The notes below the pieces were generated by a model. That model had not been told where the DNA came from, did not search any database, and saw nothing but the letters and a program-made list of their open reading frames with translations. From positions 207,430 to 271,429 of the forward strand of contig CAWFLS010000011.1 of assembly GCA_963816675.1 (NCBI GenBank): a stretch of DNA of 64,000 nt, in the 5' to 3' direction. A program made the translations under genes and the position numbers. Shown piece after piece: positions 1 through 13,944 of this stretch (its first letter is position 1; every line of letters begins with the position of its first letter). The stretch is from an uncultured Chloroflexia bacterium. Its GTDB lineage: Bacteria; Chloroflexota; Limnocylindria; Limnocylindrales; CSP1-4.

Positions 1-2
1 TC

Positions 3-1419
3 GCGATGCTGGCCAGCGCATGCACGGGCAGCACCGCGTCACCGACGGCAGGCGCGTCCGCCGCTGCGGCCGCGTCGGGAGCGGCCACGGCCAAGCCGGC
101 GGCAGCCGTGCCGAAGGTCCCGACCGGCTACACCGAGCTGGACCAGGCGTTGACGAAGGGCGCCGACGGCAAGTTGCCGTTCGCCGGCAAGACGGTTTCG
201 ATCCAGACCCAGTGGATCAGTGGCGAAGGCACCAACTTCGCTGCCGCCGTCGCCGACTTCGCGACAGCGACGGGCATCAAGATCCAGGTCGACAGCATCG
301 GCTCGAGCCATGAGACGGTGCTCAAGACGCGCATCGAGGGCGGAAAGCCGCCGGACCTGGCGATGCTCGCCCAGCCGACACCTGTCCTGGCCTACGCCAC
401 TGCAGGCAAGGTCATCGACGTGGCGACGTTCATGGATGCCAAGAAGCTCAGCACAGAGCATGCGAACACCATCGGCCTCGTGACCCAGGGCGACAAGATC
501 TGGGGCGTCCCCTACAAGGCCGACGTCAAATCGACGATCTGGTACCCGATCAAGGCCTTCGAGGCCAAGGGTTACAAGGTCCCCACGACGTGGGACGAAC
601 TGATCGCGCTGTCTGACAAGATCGTCGCCGATGGCTCCAATCCCTGGTGCGTCAGCGCCGGTGGCCCGGGCGACGCGACCGGCTGGCAGCTCACCGACTG
701 GGTCGAGGAAATCGTCCTCAAGACCAAGGGCGCCGAGTACTACAACGACTGGATCAGCCACAAGGTCACGTTCCAGGATGCGGGCATCAAGGACGCGTTC
801 GACAAGTACGTCGGCAAGATCCTCTTCACCCCCAAGTACGTCTTCGGCACCAACACGGCGATCGTGCCGCAGGACCAGAAGACGGTCATGGATCCGATGT
901 TCACCGACGATCTGAAGAATCCGAAGTGCTGGATGCAGAAGATCCCGACCTGGTATGGGCCGGACTTCTTCCCGGATCAGCGAGCCAACTCAACCCCGTC
1001 GAAGTACGTCATCGGTACTGACGTCGGGATCTTCGCATTCCCGACGATCGACCCGGCCCAGACGTATGCCGAGGGCTCGGCCGACACCCTCATGGTGCTT
1101 GTCGACAGGCCCGAAGTTCGCGCCTTCGCCGAGTACCTCGCAACGCCGGAAGGCATCCAGAACTGGATCCGCGCCGGGAGCGCCATCTCAACCAATAACA
1201 CCACCCCAGCCGACTGGTATGCCGGCTCCTACAAGCTCAAGGTCGCTGCCGAGATCGCCGAGCAAGGCCAAGGGTATCGGCTTCGACGCTTCCGACCTCA
1301 TGCCCGGCAAGGTCGGTGCAGGAACCTTCTGGACGAAGATGGACGATTGGGTCAACCAGGGTGGCACCAATACTGATGCCACTCTGAAGGCGATCGACGA
1401 CAGCTGGCCCCCCAGCTGA
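3..1419 (+). CDS. ABC transporter solute-binding lipoprotein (carbohydrate type); 5' end cut by window edge; one frame break near 1264
   Basis: ORF 6..1376 opens with a lipobox-like LASAC. The true C-terminus (GIGFDASDLMPGKVGAGTFWTKMDDWVNQGG...SWPPS) continues in the ORF 955..1419 frame after an extra G in a GG run. Two MalF/MalG-type permease genes follow. Confidence 0.8.
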
Positions 1420-1433
1420 CGACCTGATGGCTC

Positions 1434-1468
1434 GCGGGGCGCGCAACCTCAGTGGTTGTGCGCCCCGC
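1434..1468 (+). promoter_or_regulatory. Intercistronic GC-rich stem-loop between binding-protein and permease genes
   Basis: gcggggcgcgcaacc-tcagt-ggttgtgcgccccgc forms a 15-bp stem with one G-U pair. There is no U-tract, so it is more likely an mRNA-stability or processing hairpin than a terminator. An RBS (gaggagggg) follows. Confidence 0.45.
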
Positions 1469-1492
1469 TACTATTCCTGCGAGGAGGGGTAG

Positions 1493-2656
1493 ATGGCCGT
1501 AGTTCGAGCTGAGAGTCCCGGACTATCCCGCTTCTTCCTACCGATCGCCGGGCTGATCGGCCTCGGCCTGTGCATCGGCGGCATCCTCGTCCTGTACGAC
1601 CCGCAGGGCGGGCCGAACCTCCTGGCCTCCTTCTACGACACGATCGGCAACGCCTCGGGCGCGACCGACCTGCGGAACGGCCAGGGTGATCAAGTGATCG
1701 CCAAGCTCCTGCTGGCGGTGATCGCGCTGGCGGTGGGCGTCGGCGGCATCTGGCTGCTGTTCATCGGTGTCGCCGGGCTGGTCAGCATGCTCCAGCCACA
1801 GTGGCGCGACCGGATCCTGCCGTGGGTCTTCGCCGGCCCGGCCCTCGCGCTGTTGTCGGTCTTCCTGGTCTACCCCGCAGTGGGAACGATCCTTCGCAGC
1901 CTCCAGGACAACAAGGGCCAGTTCACGCTCGACAACTTCGCGGTCATGCTCGAGCCCGAATTCACTGCGATCCTGCGCAACAACGTCATCTGGCTCATCC
2001 TCGGGACCGGTGCCAGCGTGGTGCTGGGGCTCATCATCGCCGGGCTCTTCGATCGCGTCCGGCGCGAGTCGCTGGCCAAGACGATCGTCTTCCTGCCGCT
2101 GGCGATCTCGCTGGTCGGTGCATCGGTGATCTGGGGCTTCGTCTACGCCTGGCAGCCCGCCGGCCAGCCCCAGATCGGCTTGTTGAACGCGATCGTGGTC
2201 GGCTTCGGAGGCGAGCCCATCCCGTGGCTGACGACCAGCCCGGTCAACATCCTTTGCGAGATCCTGATCCTGGTCTGGCTCCAGACCGGTTTCGCCATGG
2301 TGGTCTTCTCGGCTTCGATCAAGGGCGTGTCGGGTGAGGTCCTCGAAGCGGCCCGCCTCGATGGCGCGAACGAGCGCCAGCTCTTCGTGAAGGTGATCGT
2401 GCCGATCATCCGCGGCTCGATCATCACGGTCTCGACGACCATCGCCATCGTGACGCTCAAGATCTTCGACATCGTCTACGTGACGACGGGCGGACGGTTC
2501 GGCGACGACGTCGTGGCCAACCGGATGTTCCACGAGATCTTCCAGTTCTTCGATGACGGTCGCGGCGCAGCGCTCGCGACCCTGCTCTTCATCGCGGTCC
2601 TGCCAGTGATGTACATCAACTTGCGCAACTTCAAGCGACAGCAGGTGGAAGGATGA
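1493..2656 (+). CDS. ABC sugar transporter permease (MalF/BPD_transp_1 type)
   Basis: Intact 387-aa ORF with multiple TM segments and the EAA-like loop LEAARLDGANERQLFVKVIVP. ATGA overlap with the next permease gene. Confidence 0.85.
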   Translation: MAVVRAESPGLSRFFLPIAGLIGLGLCIGGILVLYDPQGGPNLLASFYDTIGNASGATDLRNGQGDQVIAKLLLAVIALAVGVGGIWLLFIGVAGLVSMLQPQWRDRILPWVFAGPALALLSVFLVYPAVGTILRSLQDNKGQFTLDNFAVMLEPEFTAILRNNVIWLILGTGASVVLGLIIAGLFDRVRRESLAKTIVFLPLAISLVGASVIWGFVYAWQPAGQPQIGLLNAIVVGFGGEPIPWLTTSPVNILCEILILVWLQTGFAMVVFSASIKGVSGEVLEAARLDGANERQLFVKVIVPIIRGSIITVSTTIAIVTLKIFDIVYVTTGGRFGDDVVANRMFHEIFQFFDDGRGAALATLLFIAVLPVMYINLRNFKRQQVEG

Positions 2657-3555
2657 CGGCGCCAGCTCAGCCCATCGAGAAGCCGAACGTCCGCGTCGCC
2701 GCGTGGCGGCCGGTGTTCATCCGCAGCCTGCCGCTCCGGCTGTCGGTCCTCGTCATCTGCTTCCTGTGGACGGTGCCGACGCTCGGTCTGCTCGTCACCT
2801 CGGTCCGCGATCCGATCCTCATCACGACATCCGGTTGGTGGACGGCATTGCTGCACCCATTCGAAGCCAACCAGTGGACGCTGTCGAACTACGAGACCGT
2901 CCTCTCGAGCGACGGCATGGGGAACGCGTTCATCAACAGCCTGATCGTGACCATCCCGTCAGTGGCCATCCCCATCACGATCGCGGCATTTGCCGCGTAT
3001 GCGTTCGCGTGGGTTCCATTCCGTGGCCGCGGCATCCTGTTCACGATCGTGGTGGCCCTGCTGGTCGTCCCGATCCAGATGTCCCTGATCCCGATCCTGC
3101 AGATCTACAGCGCCGGGAACCTGTACGGCTCGTTCCTGGGTATCTGGCTCGCGCACACGGGCTTCGGCCTGCCGCTGGCGATCTTCCTGCTCTACAACTT
3201 CATGTCGCAGCTGCCGCGTGACCTGTTCGAGTCCGCAGCGATCGATGGCGCCTCGGCTCTCGAGACGTTCATCCGGCTTGTCCTGCCGCTGTCGATCCCG
3301 GCCCTTGGTGCGATCGCCATCTTCCAGTTCCTGTGGGTCTGGAACGACCTGCTGGTGGCACTCGTGTTCCTGGGGCCCGGTACCGATGTTCGAGTCCTGC
3401 CGACGGCCCTCTATAACCTGATCGGGAGCCGCGGCGGCTCTTGGCATCTGCTCACCGCCGGGGCGTTCATCACCATGGTCGTGCCGTTGCTCGTCTTCCT
3501 GCTCCTCCAGCGCGCATTCGTGAGAGGGATCCTGGCCGGCTCCGTCAAGTCCTGA
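2653..3555 (+). CDS. ABC sugar transporter permease (MalG type)
   Basis: Intact 300-aa ORF with TM-rich sequence and the motif FESAAIDGASALETFIRLVLP. Translationally coupled to 1493..2656. Confidence 0.85.
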   Translation: MTAPAQPIEKPNVRVAAWRPVFIRSLPLRLSVLVICFLWTVPTLGLLVTSVRDPILITTSGWWTALLHPFEANQWTLSNYETVLSSDGMGNAFINSLIVTIPSVAIPITIAAFAAYAFAWVPFRGRGILFTIVVALLVVPIQMSLIPILQIYSAGNLYGSFLGIWLAHTGFGLPLAIFLLYNFMSQLPRDLFESAAIDGASALETFIRLVLPLSIPALGAIAIFQFLWVWNDLLVALVFLGPGTDVRVLPTALYNLIGSRGGSWHLLTAGAFITMVVPLLVFLLLQRAFVRGILAGSVKS

Positions 3556-3592
3556 CGCTTGCGCGGCTCATGATCGCTCACGGAATCATGGC

Positions 3593-4632
3593 ATGGGGCT
3601 GAGGGACGAGGTCCTGCAGCAGCCGGCTGCCGCCCAGCGGCTGCTCGACTCTGCGCCGGCGGCGTTCGCGCCCATCGCCGCCGCGATGGCATCCGCGCCG
3701 GCCGCGATTCGCCGTCATCGCCGCGCGCGGCACCTCCGACAACGCCGGGATCTACGCGCAGTACCTGCTGGCGATACGAAACGGTTTGATCGTCGGCCTC
3801 GCGGCCCCATCGACGATCACTCTCTACGGAGCGCGCCCGAACATGGCCGATGCGCTGGTCGTCGGCATCTCGCAGTCGGGCCGCTCACCGGACATCGTCG
3901 CGGTGGTCGAAGAGGCGCGGAGGCAGGGCGCGCTGACCGTGGCGCTCACCAACGACGCTGATTCTCCCTTGGCCGAGACGGCCGACCACGTCGTCGACCT
4001 TCGCGCCGGACCGGAGCGGGCGACGGCTGCCACCAAGACCTACACGGCCGAGCTGCTCGCGGTGGCTCTGCTGTCGACGGCACTCGACCGGCCCACGTCG
4101 CGGGAGACGGCTGACCTGCGTCGGCATCCCCGCCCTGATCTCGGCCGCGCTGACGGCGGAGCCCGCTGCGCGCGATATGGCGGCCGCGCACGCCGAACGC
4201 CAGCGCGCCGTCGTGCTCGGCCGCGGCTACAGCTACGCGAGCGCCCGCGAGTGGGCGCTCAAGCTGCAGGAGATGGCGCTGGTCGCTGCCATGCCGTACT
4301 CGGCGGCCGACTTCGAGCACGGACCGCTGGCCCTGGCTCAACCCGATCTGCCGATACTCGCCGTGGCACCGAGCGGCGCCGAGCTGGAAGCCCAGGTGGC
4401 GCTATTCGCCCGTCTGAAGGAGGACCACGGTGCTCGCCTCCTGGTGATCTCCGACGCGCCGGCAGCGCGTGAGATCGACGAGGGGCTGGCGTTGCCGGAC
4501 GGGATCCCGCCCTGGCTGGCGCCGATCGTCGAGATCGTGCCCGCCCAGCTGTACGCCTATCACCTGACCGTCGCGCGCGGCCTCGACCCCGAGCAGCCGC
4601 GCACGATCCGCAAGGTCACCGAGACCCGCTAG
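3593..4632 (+). CDS. SIS-domain sugar isomerase / amino-sugar deaminase-like protein (GlmS C-terminal-like, FrlB/AgaS family); two frame breaks
   Basis: Stitched from ORFs 3593.., 3786..4472 and 4177..4632. Motifs: VVGISQSGRSPDIV, TNDADSPLA, ATKTYTAELL, and a second SIS half GRGYSYASAREWALKLQE. Confidence 0.7.
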
Positions 4633-4675
4633 CAGGCGCGCGCAGCAGCGGCCGATCGCGGACCGCGGAAGGAAC

Positions 4676-6041
4676 CTACTCGCGGGCGATGAGCCGCTGA
4701 TACCACAGCGCGCTGTCCTTCGGCGTACGGCGCTGAGTGTCGTAGTCGACGTGGACAAGGCCGAAACGGCGGCTGTAGCCAAGGCTCCATTCGTAGTTGT
4801 CGAGCAGCGACCAGACGTAGTACCCGGTCAGCGGCACTCCTGCGCCAAGCGCCTCGGAAGCCGCGGCGACGTGGCGTGCCAGGTAGGCGAGTCGGGCTTC
4901 GTCGCGCACCCGGCCATCCTGGTCGACGGTGTCGGGGTAGGCGGCGCCATTCTCGGTGATGACGATCTCGGGCGGAGCGTAGATCCGGTTGAGCTCGAGC
5001 AATGTGTCGCGCAGACCGTCAGGGCGCGACGTGCCAGCCCATCTGCGTCTGCTCCGAACCCTCGACTGCGCCGATCTCCCAGTCGAATGCGCGGTCTGAC
5101 CCGGCGCGGACCGAATCGCGCCGGTAGTAGTTCAGACCCAGGTAGTCGAGATCGCCGGCCGGCGGCTCGGCGAGGTCGATGCCTTCGAGGTGACCGGCCT
5201 CGCGGTGAGCTTCGAGTCCCAACGCCGGGTAACCACGGCCGAAGAGCGGATCGAGGAACCACGTGTCGCGGGCGGAGCTCCACTGGTCGGCGGCGACTCG
5301 ATCCTGTTCCGAATCGGTCGCCGGCGCCACCTGGTTGACATCGATCGCCACGCCGATCTTCGCGTGGTCGACCTGGGCTCGGATCGCCTGGGCCGCGGCC
5401 GCATGAGCGCGCAGTTCGTTGTCGGCGACCCGGATCGCCGTCGGCCAGTGACGTAGCCCCGGCGCGTGGATGCCGTCGGCATGGCCGAGGAAGGCAAAGA
5501 CGGCCGGTTCATTGAACGTCATCCAATCCTTGACTCGGTCGCCGAGGTTCGCCGCGAGCAGGGAGGCGTAGTCGGTGAACCAGCCCACGACCTCCGGGTT
5601 GGCGAAGCCTCCGCGGTCCTGCAACGCCTGTGGAAGGTCCCAGTGGAACAGGTTGATCAGCGGCTGGACGCCAGCTCCGAGCAAGGCGTCGACGAGGCGA
5701 TCGTAGAAGTCGAGGCCGCGTTGATTGACGGCGCCGGTCCCGGTGGGCTGGATGCGCGGCCAGCTGATGCTGAAGCGATAGGCGCGCGCCCCGAGATCGG
5801 CCATCAGCCGGACGTCTTCCGGGTAGCGGTGGTAGTGGTCGCAGGCGACGTCGCCCGTGCTGCCGTCGGCGATGGCGCCCGGCTGGCCCGCAAAGGTGTC
5901 CCAGATGGAGGGTCCTCGACCGTCTTCGGCCACTGCTCCCTCGATCTGGTAGGCGGAGGCGGCGAAGCCCCAGGTGAAGTCGGTCGGGAATGCCTGGGCG
6001 AGCCCGGCTGGGTCGGTGCCGAACGGGGGCGTTGTACTCAC
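4676..6041 (-). CDS. GH1 beta-glucosidase; one frame break at ~5020
   Basis: ORF 5019..6041 carries FTWGFAASAYQIEG, YHRYPEDV and TFNEP. ORF 4676..5002 carries the nucleophile motif ITENGAA. Removing one C from a CCC run gives GWHVAP-DGLRDTLLELNRIY. Confidence 0.88.
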
Positions 6042-6094
6042 CCGTTGATGGTATGCGCGCAGCCGGTCAACGCACGACGCAGATCCGCAGTCGT

Positions 6095-8818
6095 TCAGCG
6101 CGCGAGGCGCGCCCGCAGGCGTTCGACCTGGTCCGCGAGCTCGGCCTCGCGGGCGCGGGCGCCCTCGACGACGGCGGCCGGCGCGCGCTCGACGAACGCG
6201 TCGTTCGCCAGGCGTTCCTGGGCGGCGATGAGCCAGCCCTCGGCCTCGGCGAGCTCGCGCTCGAGCCGCTCGCGCTCGAGGTCGGCCGCCTCATCGTGGG
6301 CAGAACCGACCTTCACCGCCGCCTCGACCTCGCCGCCCGGGATGATGACCGTGAGGTCGCCCGGTGAGCTCGCCGCCGTGAGCGCCTCGGGGGTCAGCTC
6401 GCGCCGCAGCGGACGGGCTCGGGCGAGCCGTTCGATGCCATGGCGGAGCGCCTCGAAGGTCGGACCCATCGAGACCGGGACGTAGATCAGCGTCTCCAGC
6501 CAGTCGCCGGCCACGATCCGAGCGGCCGAGCGTGCGTTGCGGATCTCGGTGATGAGATCGATGAGCGTGCCGACCTCTCGCTCGGCTGCCTCGTCGCGCT
6601 CCCCGACCCCTGGCCAGCGGGCCACGATGAGCAAAGCCGGGTCGCTCGCCCGGTGTGGCAACGCGCCCCAGAGCTCCTCGGTGACGAACGGCATCACGGG
6701 ATGCAGCAGTCGCAGGTACGTGTCGAGCACCTCGACGAGCGTCCACCAGGTCGCCTCGTGGACCTTCGGGTCGAGGCGCTCGTCGGCGAGGCGAACCTTG
6801 GCGAGCTCGAGGCCCCAGTCGCAGTACTCGTTCCAGATCGCCTCGTAGACGAGGCGGGTCACCTCGCCGAACGCGTAGCCCGCCATCGCCTCGTCCACGG
6901 CCGCGGTCGCCGCGGCCGCACGCGACCGGAGCCAGCGCTCGGCCGGTCCAAGGTGGGCCGCGTCCGGCAGCCGTCGCTCGGCGTCGGCCGCGATACCCGG
7001 ACGGCCGGGCGCCCAACACGAAGCGCGTCGCGTTCCAGAGCTTGTTGGCGAAGTTGCGGGCGTGTTCGAGCCGCGCCTCACCGAACCGCTGGTCGTTGCC
7101 GGGGGTCGCGCCGTGGATGACCGCGAAGCGCAGCGCGTCGGCGCCGGTCTCGTCGATGACGCCGAGGGGATCGACGACGTTGCCCTTCGTCTTCGACATC
7201 TTCTGGCCTTCGGGATCGCGGATCAGGCCCGACAGGTAGACGGTGTGGAAGGGCGCCTCGCCGGTCAGCTCGAGCCCGAGCATCATCATCCGGGCGACCC
7301 AGAAGAAGATGATGTCGTAGCCGGTCTCCATCACCGACGTCGGGTAGTAGGTCGCCAGATCCGGCGTGTCGTCCGGCCACCCGAGCGTCGAGAACGGCCA
7401 CAGACCCGAGCTGAACCACGTATCGAAGATGTCCGGGTCCTGCTGGAGCGTCCGCCGCCGGTCGGCCGCAGACCGCACACGCATCCGGGCCGGCCTCCGC
7501 CGACGAGACCGTCACGTGGCCGTCGGGGCAGTACCAGGCCGGGATCCGGTGACCCCACCAGAGCTGGCGCGAGACGTTCCAGTCCCGGATGTTGGTGAGC
7601 CAGTGCTCCCAGGTCTTCTCGAACCGGTCCGGCAGGATTCGCGTCCGTCCGGACCGTGTCGCCTCGAGCGCCCGCGCAGCGAGCGGCCCCGTCCGCACGA
7701 ACCACTGCGTCTTCAGCCGCGGCTCGACGACATCGCCGCTTCGCTGGCAGCGTCCGATGACCATCTCGTGCGGCGCCTCGGAGGCGAGGTCGCCACGTGC
7801 GGCGAGATCGGCGACGATCGCGTCGCGGGCGGCGTAGCGGTCCATCCCGTCGTAGCGGGTGCCGGTGTTGGCGATGGTCGCGTCGTCGGCGAGGATGGTC
7901 GGTGCGGCCAGGCCGTGGCGGAGACCGGTCTGATGGTCGTCGTGATCGTGGGCCGGGGTGATCTTCACGGCCCCCGTCCCGAATCCGCGCTCGACGACGT
8001 CGTCGGCGATGACCGGGACGTCGCGGTCGACGAACGGGATCCGGACCGTCCGGCCGACCAGGTCCGTGTAGCGCGGATCGTCGGGATGCACCGCGACCGC
8101 GGTGTCGCCGAGGATCGTCTCGGGCCGCGTGGTCGCGACCGTGATCGTCGCGTTCGGGGTCCGGCTCGCCGGTGGCCGGATCGATCAGGTGGTAGCGGAC
8201 GGACCACAGCCGGCCGGTCTCGGGCGTCGAGACGACCTCGAGGTCGCTGACGCTGGTGCGGCATCCCGGGCACCAGTTGACGAGCGCTTCGGTGCGATAG
8301 ACGAGATCGGCGTTGTAGAGGCGCTCGAACGCGACGCGCACCGCCTTGGCCGAGCCGTCGTCCATCGTGAAACGAAGCCGGCCCCAGTCGGCCGAAGCGC
8401 CGACCCGGCGCTGCTGGGCGAGCATCACCTCGCGCGTGGTCGAGACGAACGCCCGCATGCGCTCGAGGTACCGCTCGCGACCGAGCGACTGGCGGCTCTC
8501 ACCCTCCTCGGCCAGGATCCCGTCGAGGACGAACTGGGCCGCGATCGAGGCGTGATCGAGGCCCGGCAGGAACAGCGCCCGATGGCCGCGCATCCTCGCG
8601 TGCCGGATCATCAGGTCCTCGACTGCCGTCCGCTGGGCGTGTCCCAGGTGGAGCGAGCCGGTGATGTTCGGCGGCGGCTGGATGATCGTGAACGGCGGGA
8701 GAGCCGGGTCGGCGGTCGAGCCCGCGCCGTCGGGCGCGAAGACGTCGGCCGCCAGCCAGCGCTCGTACACCGGTCCTTCGACATCGCTCGGTCGGTAGGT
8801 CTTGTCCAGTTCCGCCAT
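6095..8818 (-). CDS. valS: Valyl-tRNA synthetase; at least three frame breaks
   Basis: Fragments 7331..8818 ([14 protein letters not shown]), 7078..8091, 6291..7484 ([12 protein letters not shown]) and 6095..7081 (C-terminal coiled coil) are collinear with class Ia ValRS. Confidence 0.9.
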
Positions 8819-9085
8819 CGTGCTCGTGCCTCGTCTGCCGCGAAAACGAACGCCCGCTCGTCCAGCGGACGAACGGGTCGTGGTACCACCTGCTGGTTCG
8901 GCGTCCGGGACCTGCCATTCATCACGGCCGGCCTGGTCCGGCGCCCTCTCGACGCGCTATCGGGCGTCTACCGTCACGGCTCGCGAGTGACGTTCACGCC
9001 GGCGGTCCGCGCGGCTCACACCGTCCCGCGCTCGCTCGGGAGCCGTCCCGACGCTACTCTTCTCGGTCACTGCCGTGAAGACGTC
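8819..9085 (-). promoter_or_regulatory. T-box riboswitch leader of valS (probable Val GUC specifier) with intrinsic terminator
   Basis: Minus-strand RNA has a stem-I GA motif (CGAGAAGAGUAGCG) and distal GGUGUGA. It has the T-box sequence AACCAGCAGGUGGUACCACGAC (8879..8890 core). The terminator is CCCGUUCGUCC-GCU-GGACGAGCGGG plus UUCGUUUU (8841..8877). UGAAC-GUC-A lies in the specifier position. Confidence 0.7.
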
Positions 9086-9123
9086 GAGTGTAGCACCGGC
9101 CTCGTCGCGGATCTGGCCGGCGA

Positions 9124-10078
9124 TCAGCCGCCCGACACTTCGCGCATCGCCTGCGCAACGTCGAGCCGCACCGATGCGAGCACCTCCGACGCCTCCCACG
9201 CACGCCGCCGGCTCTCGGGGTCGCAGCCCGGGCCGAGCATCCAGTCCGGGACCGCCACGGGCTCCCCTCGCATGAGCCAGCGGAGGCCGACGAGCGATCC
9301 TCCAGGCACATCATCGTCTGTCGCAGCCCGCAGCTGGGGCATCGCGCCCCGAAGCTGGCTCGATCCGACCGCCCGGACGAACCAATCGAAGAACCGCTGG
9401 CCGACGTCTGGCTGCTCACGCGCACTGCGCGCCTGAAGGTCTGTCCGCGCGTAGCCCGGGTCGGCAGCCAGGGAACGTGCCGGCGCGCCAGCTGCGCGGA
9501 AGCGCTCATCGAGCTCGATCGCGACCTGGAGCGCGGCGCGCTTCGACCGGCCATACGCCCGCCAGGCGTCGTAACGGTCCTCGATCGATCGGTCCCCGAT
9601 GATCGAGGGACGGACCGAAGAAGCGCGCCGAGCTCGTGAGCCAGACCACACGCGCGGCCGGGGCGCGGAGCAGCGATGGAAGGAGCGGTGCTGTGAACGC
9701 GACGTGACCAAGGTGGTTGATGCCCAGCTGCAGCTCGTGACCATCCGCGGTCGTTCCGAAGGGCGTCGCCATGACGCCCGCGTTGTTCACGAGGATGTCC
9801 ACGGCTGGATGTGCGGCCGCGAGTGTGGCGCCCGCCGCCTGCGCACCCTCGAGCGAGGCGAGGTCGAGCGTCGCCACCTCGAGCGACGCACGCGGAGACC
9901 TGGCGAGGATCGCGTCCCGGGCGTCACCGCCGCGCTCCAGGCTCCGGGAGGCGACGACGACGTGCGCCCCCGCGGCCGCTAGGACCCGCGCGGTCTGGAA
10001 TCCCAGGCCGCCGTTCGCGCCAGTGACGACGGCAACGCGGCCATCGAGCCGCGGGATGTCCGACAGTTTCCAGGCCAT
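9124..10078 (-). CDS. Short-chain dehydrogenase/reductase (SDR); one frame break ~9620
   Basis: N-terminus [27 protein letters not shown] (TGxxxGxG) lies in the tail of ORF 9506..11413. The C-terminal half is in ORF 9124..9744 (YGRSKRAAL is the YxxxK motif). Confidence 0.75.
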
Positions 10079-10098
10079 ACGGCGCTGCCCGAAACGGC

Positions 10099-11413
<1,315 letters not shown>

Positions 11414-11428
11414 GTGCCCGTCCCGATC

Positions 11429-12127
<699 letters not shown>

Positions 12128-12143
12128 CTTGGGGCTCCCAGGT

Positions 12144-13612
12144 TCAGCAGCAGGTGTGGCGGAGGTAGGGTTCAGGCGACCGATCACCCGGCGGTCGGCC
12201 GGCACGTCGGCGAGGACGGAGCCGGGATCGGTGGCATCGATGGCAGCGTTCGCGGCGGCCTCGTCGCTCGTCGACGGCGGTCGGCGCCGCGTCCTCGACG
12301 TGCGGCAGGGCCGGATGCTCGGGGTGCGCCGCGAGCCACTCGTCGATGAGCCCTTCGACGACGCGGGTGCGGCGTAGCGTGCTTCGGATGTAGGAACGGC
12401 CGCGCTCGGAGTCGAAGTAGGCGAGGAGCTTGGCATCGTCGGCATACCGCTCACGGCCGCGGGCGATCTCCGCCTCGACCTCGGCGTCGGGCGTCGTGAC
12501 GCCCTCGACGTCGGCGACCTTGGACAGGACCAGGAGCGTCCGGACGCGCTTCTCGGCGCCGGGCCGGAACTCGGTGTGGAGGTCGGCCTCGGTCTTCTCG
12601 GTCGCCTTGAGGTAGGCCTCCTCGGTGATGCCCTGGCGCGCGAGCGTGGCCGCGGAACTCGTCGTGCATCACCTCGACCTCCTGGTCGACCAGGATGTCC
12701 GGCAGCTCGACGGTCGCGTTGGCGACCGCGTATTCGATGATCCGATCGGCGAAGTCGTGGCGCGCCCGGTCGAGCGCGTTCCGCTCGAGCCGGGCGCGGA
12801 TGTCGGCACGCAGCGCATCGACGTCCGCGAAGTCGCCGAGGGTCCCGACGAAATCGGCATCGAGCTCGGGCAGCACCTTCTCGCGGAGCTCCTTGAGCTC
12901 GACCTCGAAATGGGCCGGCTTGCCGGCCAGCTCGGCCTCGGGGTAGTCGTCGGGGAAGGTGATGTCGAACGCGGTGGAATCGCCGACCTGCAGACCCAGC
13001 AGGTTGGCCTCGAAGCCGGGGATGAGGCGCTCCTGACCGAGGATGAGCGGCATCCGCTCGGACGTGCCGCCCTCGAACGGCTCGCCGTCGCGCGTGCCCT
13101 CGAACGAGATGACCGCGTAGTCGCCGTCCTGAGCCCCGCGATCCTCGACCGCAGCGAGCGTCGCGTTCTGGTCGCGCAGCTCGTCGATCACCTGGTTGAC
13201 CCGGGCGTCGTCGATCTCGTCGATCTCCGGCGCGAAAGTTGAAGTTCCGGTAGTCGCCGAGCGCGACCTCGGGTCGCACCTGGACGGTGACCTTGAAGAT
13301 GAGCGGCTTGCCTTCCTCGGCCTGGACGACGTCGACCTCGGGGTTGGTCAGAGGCAGGATGTCCTGCTCGACGAGCGCGTCGCGATAGGCGTCCTGGACG
13401 AGGTGCTCGACGGCGTCGTCGACGACGGCGCCGGGCGCCAGCTGCCGTTCGAGGAACGCTCGCGGCGCCTTGCCCGGGCGGAAACCCGGGACGCGCGTTC
13501 GTCGCGCGAGGTGGCGGACGGACTCGTCGATGGCGCGCTCGAGTCGCTCGGCGGGGACCTCGATCTGGAGGTCGATGGTGGAGTTGGGACCGGGGGTCCT
13601 CGTGATCTGCAT
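12144..13612 (-). CDS. tig: Trigger factor; at least two frame breaks; 3' end uncertain
   Basis: ATG at 13612 gives [24 protein letters not shown]...PGFRPGKAP. The PPIase region is in ORF 12451..13191 ([23 protein letters not shown]). Gene order tig-clpP-clpX. Confidence 0.85.
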
Positions 13613-13849
13613 TCGACGGCGAAGTATACGGGCGGGCCGGCGGCGGTCGGCGGGTCGGTCGGCCGTTCGGGGCCTCGTCATGCACACGGGTCTTAACACG
13701 GGCATCGAAGGTCTTATCGGCCGCCGGCACGGCCAGCGACGCGGATCCCTCGTCGAGGCCTCGGCCCGGATCTGGGGGTTGAGGCCATCGATGCCGTGGG
13801 ATAAGCGTGGCGCGCATACGAGGAGAGCAACGGTGGCGCGGCGGCGTCG

Positions 13850-13934
13850 TAGGCGAGAGAGGGATCGAACCTCCACGCCGCTCACGCGGCACCGGCTCCT
13901 AAGGCCGGCGCGTCTGCCATTCCGCCACTCGCCC
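13850..13934 (-). tRNA. tRNA-Leu (anticodon UAG), long variable arm, CCA not encoded
   Basis: Minus strand: GGGCGAG-UG-GCGGAAUGGCAGACGC, anticodon stem CCGGC, loop CUUAGGA, GCCGG, long variable arm, T-arm GGAGGUUCGAUCCCUCU, acceptor CUCGCCU plus discriminator A. Confidence 0.9.
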
Positions 13935-13944
13935 GCGAGCGAGT

